From: Octopus sinensis
Taxonomy: Eukaryota
Assembly: GCF_006345805.1 (NCBI RefSeq)
Contig: NC_043016.1
Coordinates: 3,534,001 to 3,598,000, forward strand
Direction of reading: 5' to 3'
Length of the DNA stretch: 64,000 bases
Within the stretch, counting starts at the first letter, position 1; each line of letters opens with the position of its first letter. The position numbers and the translations under genes were made by a program. Of the stretch, positions 63,400 through 64,000 are shown piece after piece. Below the pieces are notes generated by a model that had not been told where the DNA came from, searched no databases, and was given only the letters and a program-made list of their open reading frames with translations.

Positions 63400-64000
63400 G
63401 AAAGAAGTAGAAAGGGTGTCGGAAAAGGGGCCGGGGAAAGAAGGATCAGCTCTTAATCGATAGTCTACATATCAGATACTGCAAGAGAAGACACACAAAC
63501 CTGAGCATGGCATGGGTTAACTATCGAAAAGCGTACGATGATACCGCACTCCCGAATGATAAGAACAATGGAAATAAATGGAGTAGCAGAAAAATTAGAA
63601 GACTTATAAGAAACTGTATGAAATGCTGGAGAAAGGAATTGACAGCAGGTAATCAAGTATTAGGAGAGGTGAAAATCAGGAGGGCAATATTCCAGAGGGC
63701 AGTGCGTCCCTACTGATCTTTGTGCTGAGAGTGATCCCCTTAAGTGAAATACTACAGAAAACAAAGTCGGGGTATGACCTGGGAAGAGGTAAGGGAAAAC
63801 CGAACCATTTGCTATTTATGGACGACTTGAAGTTGTTCACAAAAAGGGAGGCAGAACCAGTCAGCCTAGTCCAGTCTGTGCAAATTTCCTCTGGTGGTGC
63901 TAAGATAGAGTTTGGGCTCCCAAAGTATGCTACGATGGTGAAGCAGCTTGTCTGGACAGGGGGCATAGGTTTGCCGAGTTGTGAGATGATGAAGACAGTT
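63400..64000 (+). mobile_element. R4/Dong RT fragment running off the window end
   Basis: KDQLLID; [11 protein letters not shown]; VKIRRAIFQ; HLLFMDDLKLF; EFGLPKYA. Confidence 0.85.

Overview
Eukaryotic, very repeat-rich, AT-rich DNA. The combination of tRNA-derived SINE families, R4/Dong, RTE and CR1 LINEs, Penelope-like elements (PLEs) and dense microsatellites matches Octopus/coleoid cephalopod genomes; this assignment is inference, not searched. I could not recognise any host protein-coding exon, so the window is probably intergenic or lies inside a large intron. Most short ORFs in the supplied track are microsatellite read-through or transposon debris. Main real content: (i) about ten R4/Dong LINE pieces, including one apparently full-length copy (24.7-28.5 kb), mostly abutting (TAA)n; (ii) several PLEs, including a near-intact, extremely AT-rich RT + GIY-YIG ORF (51.8-54.0 kb, minus); (iii) several hammerhead-ribozyme-like motifs, mostly at PLE ends, one with a U3-A8 covariation and one with no recognisable parent; (iv) an IR/DR Tc1, three mariner fragments and a cryptic Chapaev-like transposase; (v) three independent fold-back/inverted duplications; (vi) a 514-bp non-coding element found twice in TAA tails behind different Dong copies. 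Boundaries of decayed elements were estimated by eye and may be off by tens of bases.
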